Below are positions 46,364 through 56,559 of a stretch of 64,000 nt of DNA, piece after piece. The stretch's first letter is position 1. Each line of letters starts with the position of its first letter. Source of the stretch: Thermodesulfobacteriota bacterium (lineage in GTDB: Bacteria > Desulfobacterota_D > UBA1144 > Nemesobacterales > Nemesobacteraceae); assembly GCA_965243595.1 (NCBI GenBank), contig OZ251569.1, positions 2,180,203-2,244,202 of the forward strand, in the 5' to 3' direction. The translations under genes were made by a program, and so were the position numbers. The notes under the pieces were generated by a model that was not told the DNA's origin, did no database searches, and saw nothing but the letters and a program-made list of their open reading frames with translations.

Positions 46364-46374
46364 AATGTTAATGA

Positions 46375-49300
46375 CTATAACCTGCGGTTTAAAGTCTTCT
46401 TCTTCCATCCGGCCGGTGGCGTTTTCCATTCTCCTTTAGGAAATGAATTTTCATAGCCATCTGGTCGCTCGAGCAGTTTTTCCGGGTCAACCTCGGCAAA
46501 GGAAATTGTGGCTTGAGGCTGACCGTGAAGATGAAAAACCTGCCGGTGGAACTGCTTCTTATACGGCATGAAAAAACTGCTGCCCCCGTATTGGCCGTTA
46601 TTTACAAGTATTACACCCTGAAACATATGATAACTCATGCTCTTTGACATAGCGTCAAAGGTGCTTACATCCTTGTTAAGAGCGCAGACAATGTAAAGGT
46701 CGCTCAACCTCATTAGGTCTGCCGCCAATTTTAGGTCGGTGGCGTCAAAACAAACAGACGCGGATAACACCAATGGTTTGTTATATTTTTTGTTTCTCCA
46801 TTCATATTCGATCAGCCACTGAACCGGTCGGAAGCTAACTAACCCTGAGACTTTATTGGACTCTTCACATGGCAAGTGCCTTTTGCCCTGTTCAATCAAA
46901 CGAATCTGAAAACCATTCGACCTTGTCCATTCGGGAATAAGCCAAAAACAGCTGTTGAGCAATTCCGAATCCGGATCGAATTTATATTTTTTATGGTAGA
47001 CCATTCCGCAAAGCACAATGCATTTGTGTTTTCGAATGAACGGCAAAAATAACGTTGTCAGGTCTTCAGGATGAATCGCAAGCTCAGGAAAAACCAGAAG
47101 GTCAAGACCTATGTCATCAGGACCACCGCATTTCCCATGGCTCTCCCGCACGCGGAGCATATGGGATACTCCTTGTAGAAGAGTCGCGACATGAGCACGA
47201 TGGCGCATTCTGAATGATCCGTCCTTCAGCAGTTCGGGGTCGTTCTCTTTGCATCTGTCTTTGTAGTCTTCGGAATCGGGAATGATTGATTGGACAATGC
47301 CTATACGCAACGGCCTGCTAAAATCTTTGCTTGGAGCCTTGTAAGGAAATGGCGATTTTTGCTCCAGAAACAATTGCGACGAAACAGTGTTGGCGGAACG
47401 GAGAGAGTGAATGCGCTCGTTTACTTCTCTCCTTATTTGAACAAGATCTTTTATTTTTGTGGAAATCCCGGCACCGGGCCACCTTATCAATTGAAACAGC
47501 ATATCTTCAACAAAAGATGAAAGAGGAAGCCAAGGTTGTCCAAAGGCCGCTCGCCCTTGATACCCAGAGTATCGTTGTTGCTCCCAGTGAGAAAAAGGAC
47601 GATTGTAGGTCAATGGTTTCGGTCGAGACAGGGCAGTGTAACTGCTGTCTAACGCCGTACTGCCACGGATGGCAAAACGCAGCAGTAGTCCGGTCCGAAA
47701 TTTGCGCTGTTCTTTGTCGTTCTCACACCAATCCGGAGCCCCGAAAAGACGGGCAACAGTAGGGAAAGCATGTTTGTCGAGGAGACCAAAGGACTCAGTA
47801 TCCACTTTGCCGAAATCTTCTCCTTCAGAAAATTGCCATCTACAAAGAATTTGCCACGGGGTAATGTCTTTGAAGTATTCGTTGTCCAGACCCATGAGCC
47901 ACGACGCTAATGCCAGAAGATTTCGTTCATCGCAAAAGGGATTGTCTGTTTCGTTAGCGAGGTCCGCTACCGTAACGCTCTCGGCTTCGTTCTTCTCCCC
48001 TGATTCAAGTCCTAGTCTCCGAGCTATTTGAATCAGATGACCAGTCGCATTTTCTCGCCATTCCCCCCACAGTTGATGCGCGACCGGCGGGGAGATCCTG
48101 TTCACTTGGGTCAAAAATTTCCCTGCTTCTTTTCCGTTATTAACCAAGCGCTTGAGATCAACGATGCCGAAACCGGTACGCGCTATGACCAGAAATATTG
48201 CCCTCTCCTCAAGAGACTTGGGCAAGTCACCTGCAAGAAAATCCGAGAATCTGAAATAATGCTTAAGTGACGAGGGAATTTTGCTTGGTGTTTCAGAATC
48301 TTCCGGGAGAGCCTTTCTTGCCGTCAAGTAAAGCATCACCTGCTGCATCAGATACCATGGGTGTCTCTTGGGTCTCGGTTCTCGCAGATAATCGTTGAAT
48401 ATAGAAACCGCTTCCTCCGCAAGCCTCTCGTGGTATTTCTCTGCCGAAATATCTTCGGGCAGACAATCTTCGTCCGAAACCATCGCGGTCTCCGTCGCTC
48501 CCGCTCTGAAAAGTTCCGCCAAGCAGTAGAGATAAATTTTTCGTCTTTTTCTGTAAAACCGTCTTGATTCCCATCCAGGACGCAGCAAATCAAGAACCTT
48601 TTCCAAGAACTTTTCATCGGGATACATATCAAAGGCCACCCGAAGCAGGCGCACGTTGGCCGGATTGGCTATCCACTCCTCTATAAGAGACATGGCAAAA
48701 AGCCTTGCATGTTCATCCAACTGTTCCTTGGACAAAACGAGCTGGTCCGGAAGTACAAACGACGAGACCTCCGGGTCATCAACCGCAACTTCCCCGTCAT
48801 CGCCCATGTAATGATATTGATTTTCGGCTTCTTGCGAAGTTGCGAGCAGAGGACGCAGGGAACGAAATGTTCGCCTGAACCGGGCGGCGGCAAATCGGGA
48901 AGCGGTTTCGTCCGTCATATCGGACATGCCGACGAAGAGACTCGTCCGGCCTGCTTTTTCCACATCCGAAGATGTCGAATATCTTTTCTGTGTATGAAAG
49001 AAGTTCTCAATGGCACCTACCAGTTCGGTGCCGTGAAGCATGTCGAAAGTACCGGAAATTTCGTTTTGAATTCTCTGAGCTGCTTTGGACTGCGGAACCA
49101 GAAAGAGCTTCTTGCTTCCCCGCACCGTGACTTTGGTCTTTTGCTTGTTAATCAACAAATCGGGTGCATTAGACTCGAGCAACTCTTGTAGCCAGTTAAT
49201 CAAATAGTCTTTTATATCTTGCCCCTCGGGCATCCTTCCCTTGTCAATACGAACAACAAGTCTTATATCGTCAACGTAATAACAGGCATCTTCGAGGAGA

Positions 49301-50223
49301 AAGCGTCTCTCAACATCCAGAAACTTTCCGATTTTCCCGCTTAAGATAGAATCAAAATCTGACAGAACAACATTGGCGAAGAAACCGGAGGCGACAAGTC
49401 CCTGAGGCAATGCTACATGTTCAACCCCTTCAATAGTTTGTCGGTCGGAGTTGGACCACCGCCAGTTGAATACACGTTCCGCAAAATCGAAAAACCGCTT
49501 CTCTCTCAAGCTGTTTTTGCGCTGAAAAGTGCGAAGTTTTTCATTCAACAGTGAAGGACTTATCCGGTCGTAGAATTCGGATAAGTCGCTATGTATCACT
49601 GCGACCTCTGAGTTAGGGTTCTTCTTTGCTACTAAACCTGCGACAACATCTGACCGTTCTAGAAACACTCTGTAATCGTGAAAATATTGGCGATAAAGTT
49701 TAGTGCTTCCCCAACGATGTAGTAGATCATTCTCGCCAGAGTCCGCAAAATCGCAAAAAAGCCGATGTCCGTAAGCAAGAATTTTTTTGCGGTTTTCCTT
49801 AGCTTTTTCGGTTTCTTTGATCGGCAACCGAGGATCTCCGAGAAAAGTTTCCACACGGTCGGCCAGACACATCATAATCGCCGTCGCCACTACCTGATCT
49901 CTGAGTGCGACATGCGCGAGCGGACGCAACTTGAGATCCGTTTCTTTTCTTGGCCGCCAGTTACCTTCCCCATCAAATTCCCATTTTTGCGATTTCGGGG
50001 CCGGAACCATTCTCAGAGGTCGCGGTCGCCATTTCTCCGGATTTTTCAATTCATCCTGAATCTCGTGAATAAAATCGGGAATCCGTAACGTTTGATAATC
50101 AATGTCGAGAGTGTCGGCGTACCAGCTATGATATCGCAAGTAAGAAGATGTCTTCTTCCACGCCTGCATGAGCACGCATTCAAGCCCAATGTCTTCCAAT
50201 CTTGGGTTAAGTCTCTCCTTCAC
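46375..50223 (-). CDS. Reverse transcriptase-nitrilase fusion (DRT1/UG1/UG5-like defence-associated RT)
   Basis: 1282 aa; RT motifs LRPLAHV, HSDLSEFYD, LPQGLVASGFFAN, YYVDDIRL, INKQKT; C-N hydrolase triad VFPEL, QGKRHL, SVCFDATD, plus NNGQYGGS. Confidence 0.9.
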   Translation of the reverse strand: MKERLNPRLEDIGLECVLMQAWKKTSSYLRYHSWYADTLDIDYQTLRIPDFIHEIQDELKNPEKWRPRPLRMVPAPKSQKWEFDGEGNWRPRKETDLKLRPLAHVALRDQVVATAIMMCLADRVETFLGDPRLPIKETEKAKENRKKILAYGHRLFCDFADSGENDLLHRWGSTKLYRQYFHDYRVFLERSDVVAGLVAKKNPNSEVAVIHSDLSEFYDRISPSLLNEKLRTFQRKNSLREKRFFDFAERVFNWRWSNSDRQTIEGVEHVALPQGLVASGFFANVVLSDFDSILSGKIGKFLDVERRFLLEDACYYVDDIRLVVRIDKGRMPEGQDIKDYLINWLQELLESNAPDLLINKQKTKVTVRGSKKLFLVPQSKAAQRIQNEISGTFDMLHGTELVGAIENFFHTQKRYSTSSDVEKAGRTSLFVGMSDMTDETASRFAAARFRRTFRSLRPLLATSQEAENQYHYMGDDGEVAVDDPEVSSFVLPDQLVLSKEQLDEHARLFAMSLIEEWIANPANVRLLRVAFDMYPDEKFLEKVLDLLRPGWESRRFYRKRRKIYLYCLAELFRAGATETAMVSDEDCLPEDISAEKYHERLAEEAVSIFNDYLREPRPKRHPWYLMQQVMLYLTARKALPEDSETPSKIPSSLKHYFRFSDFLAGDLPKSLEERAIFLVIARTGFGIVDLKRLVNNGKEAGKFLTQVNRISPPVAHQLWGEWRENATGHLIQIARRLGLESGEKNEAESVTVADLANETDNPFCDERNLLALASWLMGLDNEYFKDITPWQILCRWQFSEGEDFGKVDTESFGLLDKHAFPTVARLFGAPDWCENDKEQRKFRTGLLLRFAIRGSTALDSSYTALSRPKPLTYNRPFSHWEQQRYSGYQGRAAFGQPWLPLSSFVEDMLFQLIRWPGAGISTKIKDLVQIRREVNERIHSLRSANTVSSQLFLEQKSPFPYKAPSKDFSRPLRIGIVQSIIPDSEDYKDRCKENDPELLKDGSFRMRHRAHVATLLQGVSHMLRVRESHGKCGGPDDIGLDLLVFPELAIHPEDLTTLFLPFIRKHKCIVLCGMVYHKKYKFDPDSELLNSCFWLIPEWTRSNGFQIRLIEQGKRHLPCEESNKVSGLVSFRPVQWLIEYEWRNKKYNKPLVLSASVCFDATDLKLAADLMRLSDLYIVCALNKDVSTFDAMSKSMSYHMFQGVILVNNGQYGGSSFFMPYKKQFHRQVFHLHGQPQATISFAEVDPEKLLERPDGYENSFPKGEWKTPPAGWKKKTLNRRL

Positions 50224-50331
50224 AACATTCCACCCACATTCAAATGCGACAACTGTTTAATCTTCCTATTTTCAGACATGGAAATTAGATAAAACCATCA
50301 CGGGTTGGGAAACCGCAACTGTCAGTTCGCC

Positions 50332-51060
50332 TCACTCGTTGAGAATCATCTCCGCCATGCCCTCAAGCCGCGACTTCACCCGTCTCCATTCAGGCATGAC
50401 CTTGTCAAGCAGCCCGTAGAACCTCGGGCTGTGATTATGCTCCCTGAGATGACACAACTCGTGCAGGATCACGTAGTCCACGCATTCGCGGGGAGCTTTC
50501 ACAAGATGCGGATTAAACAGGATGGCCCCCCGGGAAGAGCAACTTCCCCACTGCTTTTTCATCTTCCGCAGCCGCCATTCCGGCACAAAGTCGGCCCAGG
50601 TTGCCGTGTCGAAAAGCGCTTCCATGCGACGCCGGAAGACTTCCCTGGCCCTGTCCCGATACCATCCGTCTACCTGCCTTTTGACGGTTTCCGAATCTTT
50701 TTTCGCACCCTCGACCCGAAGATGGCCCCGAAACAGCTTGACCGAAGGTGCCCCGTTGCGGCAACGGTCGACCTTGAGCTGGTAGCGCCGCCCTAGGTAA
50801 AGGAAAGTCTCGCCGCTCACGTAACTTCTGGGAAGCACGTGCTCTCGCAGCTTCCGTGCCGCCGAGATGTGCTTGCTAATCCACCCCGCCCGCATGACGA
50901 CCGCCGCGTGAATCTCGTCCGCGGATCTGTCCGCGGGGGCGCTGACCCCGACGGTCGCGTCGGGGCGTACATGAATGGCTATCCGGCGGAACCGCCGCGG
51001 CGAGAATTTTATTTCGTACTCGAATTTCTCGCTTCCGTACACAAAGCTTCTTCTGGCCAT
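50332..51060 (-). CDS. M48/YgjP-like zinc metallohydrolase
   Basis: GETFLYLGRRYQL, KQWGSCS, DYVILHELCHLREHNHSPRFY. Confidence 0.92.
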   Translation of the reverse strand: MARRSFVYGSEKFEYEIKFSPRRFRRIAIHVRPDATVGVSAPADRSADEIHAAVVMRAGWISKHISAARKLREHVLPRSYVSGETFLYLGRRYQLKVDRCRNGAPSVKLFRGHLRVEGAKKDSETVKRQVDGWYRDRAREVFRRRMEALFDTATWADFVPEWRLRKMKKQWGSCSSRGAILFNPHLVKAPRECVDYVILHELCHLREHNHSPRFYGLLDKVMPEWRRVKSRLEGMAEMILNE

Positions 51061-54000
51061 TCAGAACGCCCCCTTGGCGCGGTTGACGCGGGTTACGTGG
51101 ATTATCCTCTCGATTATCTGCTTGGCGGCCTCAAGCCCGACCATTTCGAACAATCCGGGCAGAAGCCTCTTTCGGATTTCCTTCTCCATGCTCAGACGAT
51201 CGAGAGAATGGGCAGAGACGGCGTTGTCGACGACCTCGTCCATGTACAAAGACCGACGGACGATCTCCTCGTGCTCTCCTTCTTCAAGACTCTCGAAATG
51301 GTCTTCGCCGAGGACGAGGCGGAAGATTCCGTAGTAGGCCCTGGCGTGCTTTCTGTCCTCCAAAACATCCGGAACCGTCTCCACGTCCCTGGCCACCAGT
51401 CTTTCCTCAAGCTCCTTGAACGGAAGATACATCTGGTAGCCGAACTTTCCCTCCGCTTCCTCGATGGCTCTTTTCAGAAGTTCCGAAAACACCTCCCTCG
51501 CGTAGGGGTCGTCTTCCATCTCCTGACTGATGACTCTCCTTATCCGGCTTCTGATCATGTCGGTTCTGTTTCGCGCCTCGTCTTCCGTCCATTTCTCGGG
51601 ATCTTCTCCACCGCCGCCTAGTTCATCCACGGAAACCCTCGTTCCGGGCGCGTGAACCTGACGGCCCTCTATGCGCTCGTCGACAAGTTTTTGGATCTGG
51701 TCCTCGTAGGCGCTGTAGGCGACGGTTTCGCTCGCGTCCTGCCTGACGTTCCGCCGAACGGAGGCGAAAAACCGAAGATCCCCCTTGTAGGCATCGACGA
51801 GAGCGTCGGTAACGGAGGAATCTTCGAAAAAAGATCGCGAGGACAAGGCGGTCTTGAGACACATTCCGTATTCGGTAAGAGCCGCGTAGAAATTTTCCCG
51901 GATCTCCTGACGCGCGTCGTAAATGCTTCCCTCGGCGTCTTCTTCGTACTGGGGCTCCAGCAGGTCCCGGTACTGCTTGGGGTCTTTCTTGTTTTTCACA
52001 GGGGAAAAGATCGCGCGCAGACGCTCGCGCAGACGCGGCAGCTTTCTGTATTCGGAGTCGACGCGGCTATACAGGCCGTCAAGATCTTCTATGTCGTAAC
52101 CCCTCTGGGTGCGGTTAGCGTGGTCCTGATACTCCCTGATCGCAGTGTCCAGTTCTCTCAGGATGCCCCGGTAGTCTATGAGAAGACCGTGACGTTTGGC
52201 GTCGTGGAGCCTGTTCACGCGCGCTATCGCCTGAATCACGTTGTGTCCGCTGAGCTGCTTGTCGATGTAGAGAACCGCGTTTCTCGGTTCGTCGAATCCC
52301 GTGAGAAGCTTGTCGACCACGACGAGCAGGTCCGGCGGACCGTCGGTTCCGAAACGGTCTATGACGTCGCGCTCGTATTCCCTCGGGTTTTCCCGAACGT
52401 TCTCCTTCCACCACGCCTGAATTTCAGGAGTTTCGTCGACGTCCGAATGACCCTCGCGGGCGTCGGGAGGAGAGATCACCACGGCGCTTGTCACGAGACC
52501 CGTTTCGTCCAGGTGCTTCTTGTAGCGGATGGCGGAACTTCTGCTCTGGGTGGCGACCTGTCCCTTGAGCCCCTGGCCGAGTTTCTTGAAGTTCTCGTTG
52601 AAATGAACGGCGATGTCCCAGGCTATGAGCCTGATCCGGTTGTCCGAACCGTATACCGCGCCCGCCCTTCCCCATTTTTTCCTAAGGTCGTCTTTCTGGG
52701 TTTCAGAAATATCCGCGGTTATCTTCTCGAACCAGCTGTCGACGGCGGCAGCGTCCATGTCCAGCTCGGGGACGCGCTCTTCGTAGAGAAGAGGGGTTAC
52801 TGCCCCGTCTTCCACCGCGCGGCGCATGGTGTAGGCGTGAACGATCGGACCGAAGCGGTTTTCGGTCTTCTCCTCTTTGAGAAGCGGAGTCCCGGTAAAG
52901 GCTATGTAGCACGCGTTGGGAAGAGCCTTTCTCATTCTCTGGTGGGTTTCCCCTTCGTGGCTGCGGTGGCCCTCGTCGACCAGAACGACTATGTCTTCGC
53001 TTTCGTTTCGACACTCCGCCAGCTTCGAGGCCGTGGCGAACTTGTCGATTATCGAGAAGATGATCCGCTCGTCTCCCCTGCCTATGCGTTTGGCGAGGTC
53101 CCTGCCGGAAGAGACCTTGGCCCGCTCGCCCGCTTTCATCCCGGCGATCTCGGAGCCGAAGGCGCCTCCCGCGAGAAAAGCGCGGGCGAGCTGCTTTTCA
53201 AGATCGATCCGGTCGGTCACGACTACGAACCTGCAGTTCCTGAGAGTCGGATGCAGAAGCAGGGTCTTGCAGAGAAAAACCATGGTAAGCGACTTGCCGG
53301 AACCGGTCGTGTGCCAGACCACCCCGCCCCGGGGGTCTTTTCCCCCGCGGCCTTGCTCGATCTTCCTCACGAGCGCCCTTATGCCGAAAAACTGATGATA
53401 GCGCGAGACGATCTTGTCCTTTCCGCCGACGAAAAGAACGTGAAAGCGCACGAATTCAAGCAGCCGCTCGGGCGAGAGAAGGCTTACGATCAGCCTGTCC
53501 TGGTCCGTGGCAAGCTGTTTTTGGGACCAGAGACTCTCGAAATATTCTCGGACTTCCGGGAGACGGTTGGCGAATATCGCGGCTCTCGTTTCGTCCGAGA
53601 GGGAGGCGTTCTTTATTCGCGAAAAATGTTCCTCGTCGAATTCTTCCTCCCTCCATTTTGCCCAGAGCCGGCCGGGCGTCTTCGTGGTGGCGTAGCGACC
53701 GTCCTCGCCGTTCACGCTCAGAAGAAGCTGACTGTAGACGAACAGGTGGGGGATCTCGTCGTTTCCCTGGTTGCGGATGTTCTGGCTTATTCCCTCCTCG
53801 ATCATGGACTTGTTGGGGTTGCCGGAATCCGGCCTTTTCGCTTCAATCACCGCAAGGGGAATTCCGTTCACGTAGCAGACTATGTCCGGCCGTCGGGTAC
53901 GAGCGCCGCCGGACGAGAGAACCTCGAGCTCTTCCGTAACGACGAAGCTGTTGGCTTTCGGATTTTTCCAGTCGATGATCGGAATCGTGGGAGAGTGCTT

Positions 54001-54357
54001 CTTCTTGCCGTCGATGAACTCGGTGACGGTGACTCCGAGGCAAAGCTTGTTGTAAAGACGCTCGTTTGACGAAATCAGCCCCTCGCGAAGCGAGGCATCC
54101 GAAAGTTCCCGGACGATCTGCTCTATGGCGTTGTTGGAAAGCGCGTGCTCGGCTCCCTTGTATTCGAAGCGTCGCTCGCTGAGAGTTTTAATGAGTATCT
54201 CTCGCATAAGAACTTCCCGTGTGCTTCCCCGCGCGGAAAGGCACTCCTCGGCGGACATGAAGGTCCACCCCGCGGCTACAAGAGTCTGCAACGCCGGGAT
54301 GTGCGAGCTGTATTGCTCGGTGGTCCTAAGAATTCCGTTCACTAATTTTCCCCCCAC
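51061..54357 (-). CDS. hsdR: Type I restriction endonuclease subunit R
   Basis: RPDIVCYVNGIPLAVIEAKR, WHTTGSGKS, VDEGHRS, FTGTP, LLTGFD, QAIARVNR. Confidence 0.96.
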   Translation of the reverse strand: MGGKLVNGILRTTEQYSSHIPALQTLVAAGWTFMSAEECLSARGSTREVLMREILIKTLSERRFEYKGAEHALSNNAIEQIVRELSDASLREGLISSNERLYNKLCLGVTVTEFIDGKKKHSPTIPIIDWKNPKANSFVVTEELEVLSSGGARTRRPDIVCYVNGIPLAVIEAKRPDSGNPNKSMIEEGISQNIRNQGNDEIPHLFVYSQLLLSVNGEDGRYATTKTPGRLWAKWREEEFDEEHFSRIKNASLSDETRAAIFANRLPEVREYFESLWSQKQLATDQDRLIVSLLSPERLLEFVRFHVLFVGGKDKIVSRYHQFFGIRALVRKIEQGRGGKDPRGGVVWHTTGSGKSLTMVFLCKTLLLHPTLRNCRFVVVTDRIDLEKQLARAFLAGGAFGSEIAGMKAGERAKVSSGRDLAKRIGRGDERIIFSIIDKFATASKLAECRNESEDIVVLVDEGHRSHEGETHQRMRKALPNACYIAFTGTPLLKEEKTENRFGPIVHAYTMRRAVEDGAVTPLLYEERVPELDMDAAAVDSWFEKITADISETQKDDLRKKWGRAGAVYGSDNRIRLIAWDIAVHFNENFKKLGQGLKGQVATQSRSSAIRYKKHLDETGLVTSAVVISPPDAREGHSDVDETPEIQAWWKENVRENPREYERDVIDRFGTDGPPDLLVVVDKLLTGFDEPRNAVLYIDKQLSGHNVIQAIARVNRLHDAKRHGLLIDYRGILRELDTAIREYQDHANRTQRGYDIEDLDGLYSRVDSEYRKLPRLRERLRAIFSPVKNKKDPKQYRDLLEPQYEEDAEGSIYDARQEIRENFYAALTEYGMCLKTALSSRSFFEDSSVTDALVDAYKGDLRFFASVRRNVRQDASETVAYSAYEDQIQKLVDERIEGRQVHAPGTRVSVDELGGGGEDPEKWTEDEARNRTDMIRSRIRRVISQEMEDDPYAREVFSELLKRAIEEAEGKFGYQMYLPFKELEERLVARDVETVPDVLEDRKHARAYYGIFRLVLGEDHFESLEEGEHEEIVRRSLYMDEVVDNAVSAHSLDRLSMEKEIRKRLLPGLFEMVGLEAAKQIIERIIHVTRVNRAKGAF

Positions 54358-55412
54358 ACGTTTGCGGAGTCAGAATCAAAGAACGAAATTTCCAAAGGAC
54401 TTCCCTCCCTTCGCAAAGAAGTGATGTTTCCGACCCGCTTGGCGATTTTCTTGTTGATGTTGGATTCAGGGTTGCCATATATGCCAATGTATAGCTTCCT
54501 AAAACATCCCCGCCCCAGTCTCTGAAATATGTGATCGTCGTTTTCCGCTAGCGAATGTCCGAAGATGAAAAAACAGTGTTTGGGTTGTTGAACGTTTGCC
54601 GAGAACACCTTGTAGCATTGATACAAGTACCCGCTGTGACGAATCTTGCTCTTTTTCTGTTTGTTGGTTCCTTCAGCAACGAACAGAGGAAATTTGTCTT
54701 CTCTAATAGCACTGCTTACTTGTTTAACAAGCGATACACCTTTGCGAACCCAAGTATATTTCTTTAATTCGGAGCCTGAATCAAAGAGATGAAGAGCTCC
54801 ATGAAGGAACAAAACATTGGCTCTGTGAGGTTCGTCAGCCTGCCAGACCACATAGTCGACATTGGGATCATCTTCATCGTTTCCAAAACCGTCATTACCG
54901 TTCAAGATAATTTTTTCACCAGTGGGAGAAACGTCATGCATAAGTGCCCAATAAAGAAGGAGGTCGTAATTCAGAGTGAAAACGCATCCTTTTGCATCTG
55001 GTCCCAAGAAATGGCTTAGAAACCTTCTGCAGGCATGAAATTTCTGATCATTAATGGTGTTGGGATTTTTGGGGTGGTTACTTGCGATTGTTGACACAAG
55101 TATTTCCTTAAGTTTCTCAGCATGTTTAATCATCTTGTTTCTGGTTTTGACGCGGCGTGGAGCATAGACACTCAAAACCGTTGCTGAAGTTTCCAATGTG
55201 CGGATAACTATCTCAAAATCTTGGGATTCAAGTTTTCTAAACACGCTTTTCGCTTCTGGCACATCTCTGAAATCTGCTTGTTTATAAAGAGAATAGTAAT
55301 CAAAAATGTCGGGCAAGCATCCTATGCTAAAACCGTTGCCCAATAGAAGATGTCGTTTTGAATACTGGGCAGAGTCCGAGATCGCATCTGCGAAAGAAAT
55401 AAGCTTATCCAT
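54342..55412 (-). CDS. DUF4917-family (Sir2-like fold) protein
   Basis: LLLGNGFS, FTLNYDLLLYW, FLHGALHLF, PLFVAEG, FGHSLAENDDH; AT-rich. Confidence 0.78.
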   Translation of the reverse strand: MDKLISFADAISDSAQYSKRHLLLGNGFSIGCLPDIFDYYSLYKQADFRDVPEAKSVFRKLESQDFEIVIRTLETSATVLSVYAPRRVKTRNKMIKHAEKLKEILVSTIASNHPKNPNTINDQKFHACRRFLSHFLGPDAKGCVFTLNYDLLLYWALMHDVSPTGEKIILNGNDGFGNDEDDPNVDYVVWQADEPHRANVLFLHGALHLFDSGSELKKYTWVRKGVSLVKQVSSAIREDKFPLFVAEGTNKQKKSKIRHSGYLYQCYKVFSANVQQPKHCFFIFGHSLAENDDHIFQRLGRGCFRKLYIGIYGNPESNINKKIAKRVGNITSLRREGSPLEISFFDSDSANVWGEN

Positions 55413-55428
55413 TGGCTATCTCCTCCAA

Positions 55429-56559
55429 TTAGACACGATGTTCTCCAGTTAGAAGTTGTCGAATAAGTGCATCCCTCTCTCTCTTTAAGCAATTGTATTT
55501 CTTTTGTAATGATTCAACCTTGTTGTCAAACGCAGAAAGAACAACAGAGATTTTTTCTTGTTCTTCAGAGTCTTCGGGAAAAAGAATTGTGAGTTGTTCC
55601 AAATCTCTTTTTTGAATATTGGGAAGGCCAGACCCAACTCTTAAGCGCATGATTTTTCTTTCATTGAGCTTTAAAATTTGAAAGAGCAAATCTCTTGAAA
55701 TCTTTATGTCTTCAAGAGAATAACAATGACCTCCACACCAAAATCTAACTTTTAGTAAGTTTACAAAACCACATGACTCTCCGCCTTCGCTTATCGTAAT
55801 AGTATTTGCGTTCCTATTGAAACTACTTGTGTAACCCGAAGGCATAATTCCTCCATTAATAACTGGGAATTGATCTTCATCAGATAATCCACTCTTGTTT
55901 AGTTGAACCCCTTTTGATACATTGCAAATTTGATTTAACGGCTTTTGAATCCATCTCCCTTTAATTTCGGGAAATCGACATTTTCCAGAAAGCAGTTTTC
56001 GCATGAGAATTTTTTTCTGGGTTTGCCCATTTGCAATGATCTCTTTAATTGTCTCTATAGCGCAGTCCCAAGTGGAAAGGATTTTAGCGATCTTACGTTG
56101 CTCGGAAAAAGGTGGAACAGTGAACGTTAATCTCTCAAAATCCCTTTTCGTAAGTTCAAGAAAAGTCGAACCGCTCGCGTAGCGAACCAGAATGTTTTTG
56201 AAAAATGAAAGCAGGTAGAAAACAAATTCGTTGTCATATTCCGGATTAGTAATGAGATTCTTGAAACCTTGGTTTGTACAGACCGGCTCCGATGCGATGG
56301 CCAGTTCCCCGATGGTAGCACGCGTGCACACGAGAATTGAACCGGGCGGAACAAGTTTCGCCGAAGATGATTTCAACCCAGACTCAGTAATTCGACGGGC
56401 GGTCGACGAGATGTAGCGAGACGTGAGGTTTGTTATGTCCGTTTGCGTAGCCCAAGGGATATCCCCATCCCAGTAGGCGGGATTCGTGCTGTCGGGAGTT
56501 CCTCCGGAAACGATCTTTCCAATATCTCCGACCGATACTCTGCGCCATCCCTCAATCAT
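55429..56559 (-). CDS. hsdS: Type I RM specificity subunit S (two TRDs)
   Basis: GGTP..YWDGDIPW, TNQGF, GSTFLE, PPFSEQRKIA, GSGLPNI, EQEKI, LLTGE. Confidence 0.93.
   Translation of the reverse strand: MIEGWRRVSVGDIGKIVSGGTPDSTNPAYWDGDIPWATQTDITNLTSRYISSTARRITESGLKSSSAKLVPPGSILVCTRATIGELAIASEPVCTNQGFKNLITNPEYDNEFVFYLLSFFKNILVRYASGSTFLELTKRDFERLTFTVPPFSEQRKIAKILSTWDCAIETIKEIIANGQTQKKILMRKLLSGKCRFPEIKGRWIQKPLNQICNVSKGVQLNKSGLSDEDQFPVINGGIMPSGYTSSFNRNANTITISEGGESCGFVNLLKVRFWCGGHCYSLEDIKISRDLLFQILKLNERKIMRLRVGSGLPNIQKRDLEQLTILFPEDSEEQEKISVVLSAFDNKVESLQKKYNCLKRERDALIRQLLTGEHRV

Noticed and set aside
46375-50331. RT as a DGR, retron or group II intron
   Set aside because: It has a nitrilase fusion and is 1282 aa. 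I saw no TR/VR pair with adenine-specific differences, no msr-msd-like region in the 108-nt upstream gap, and no maturase or intron context.
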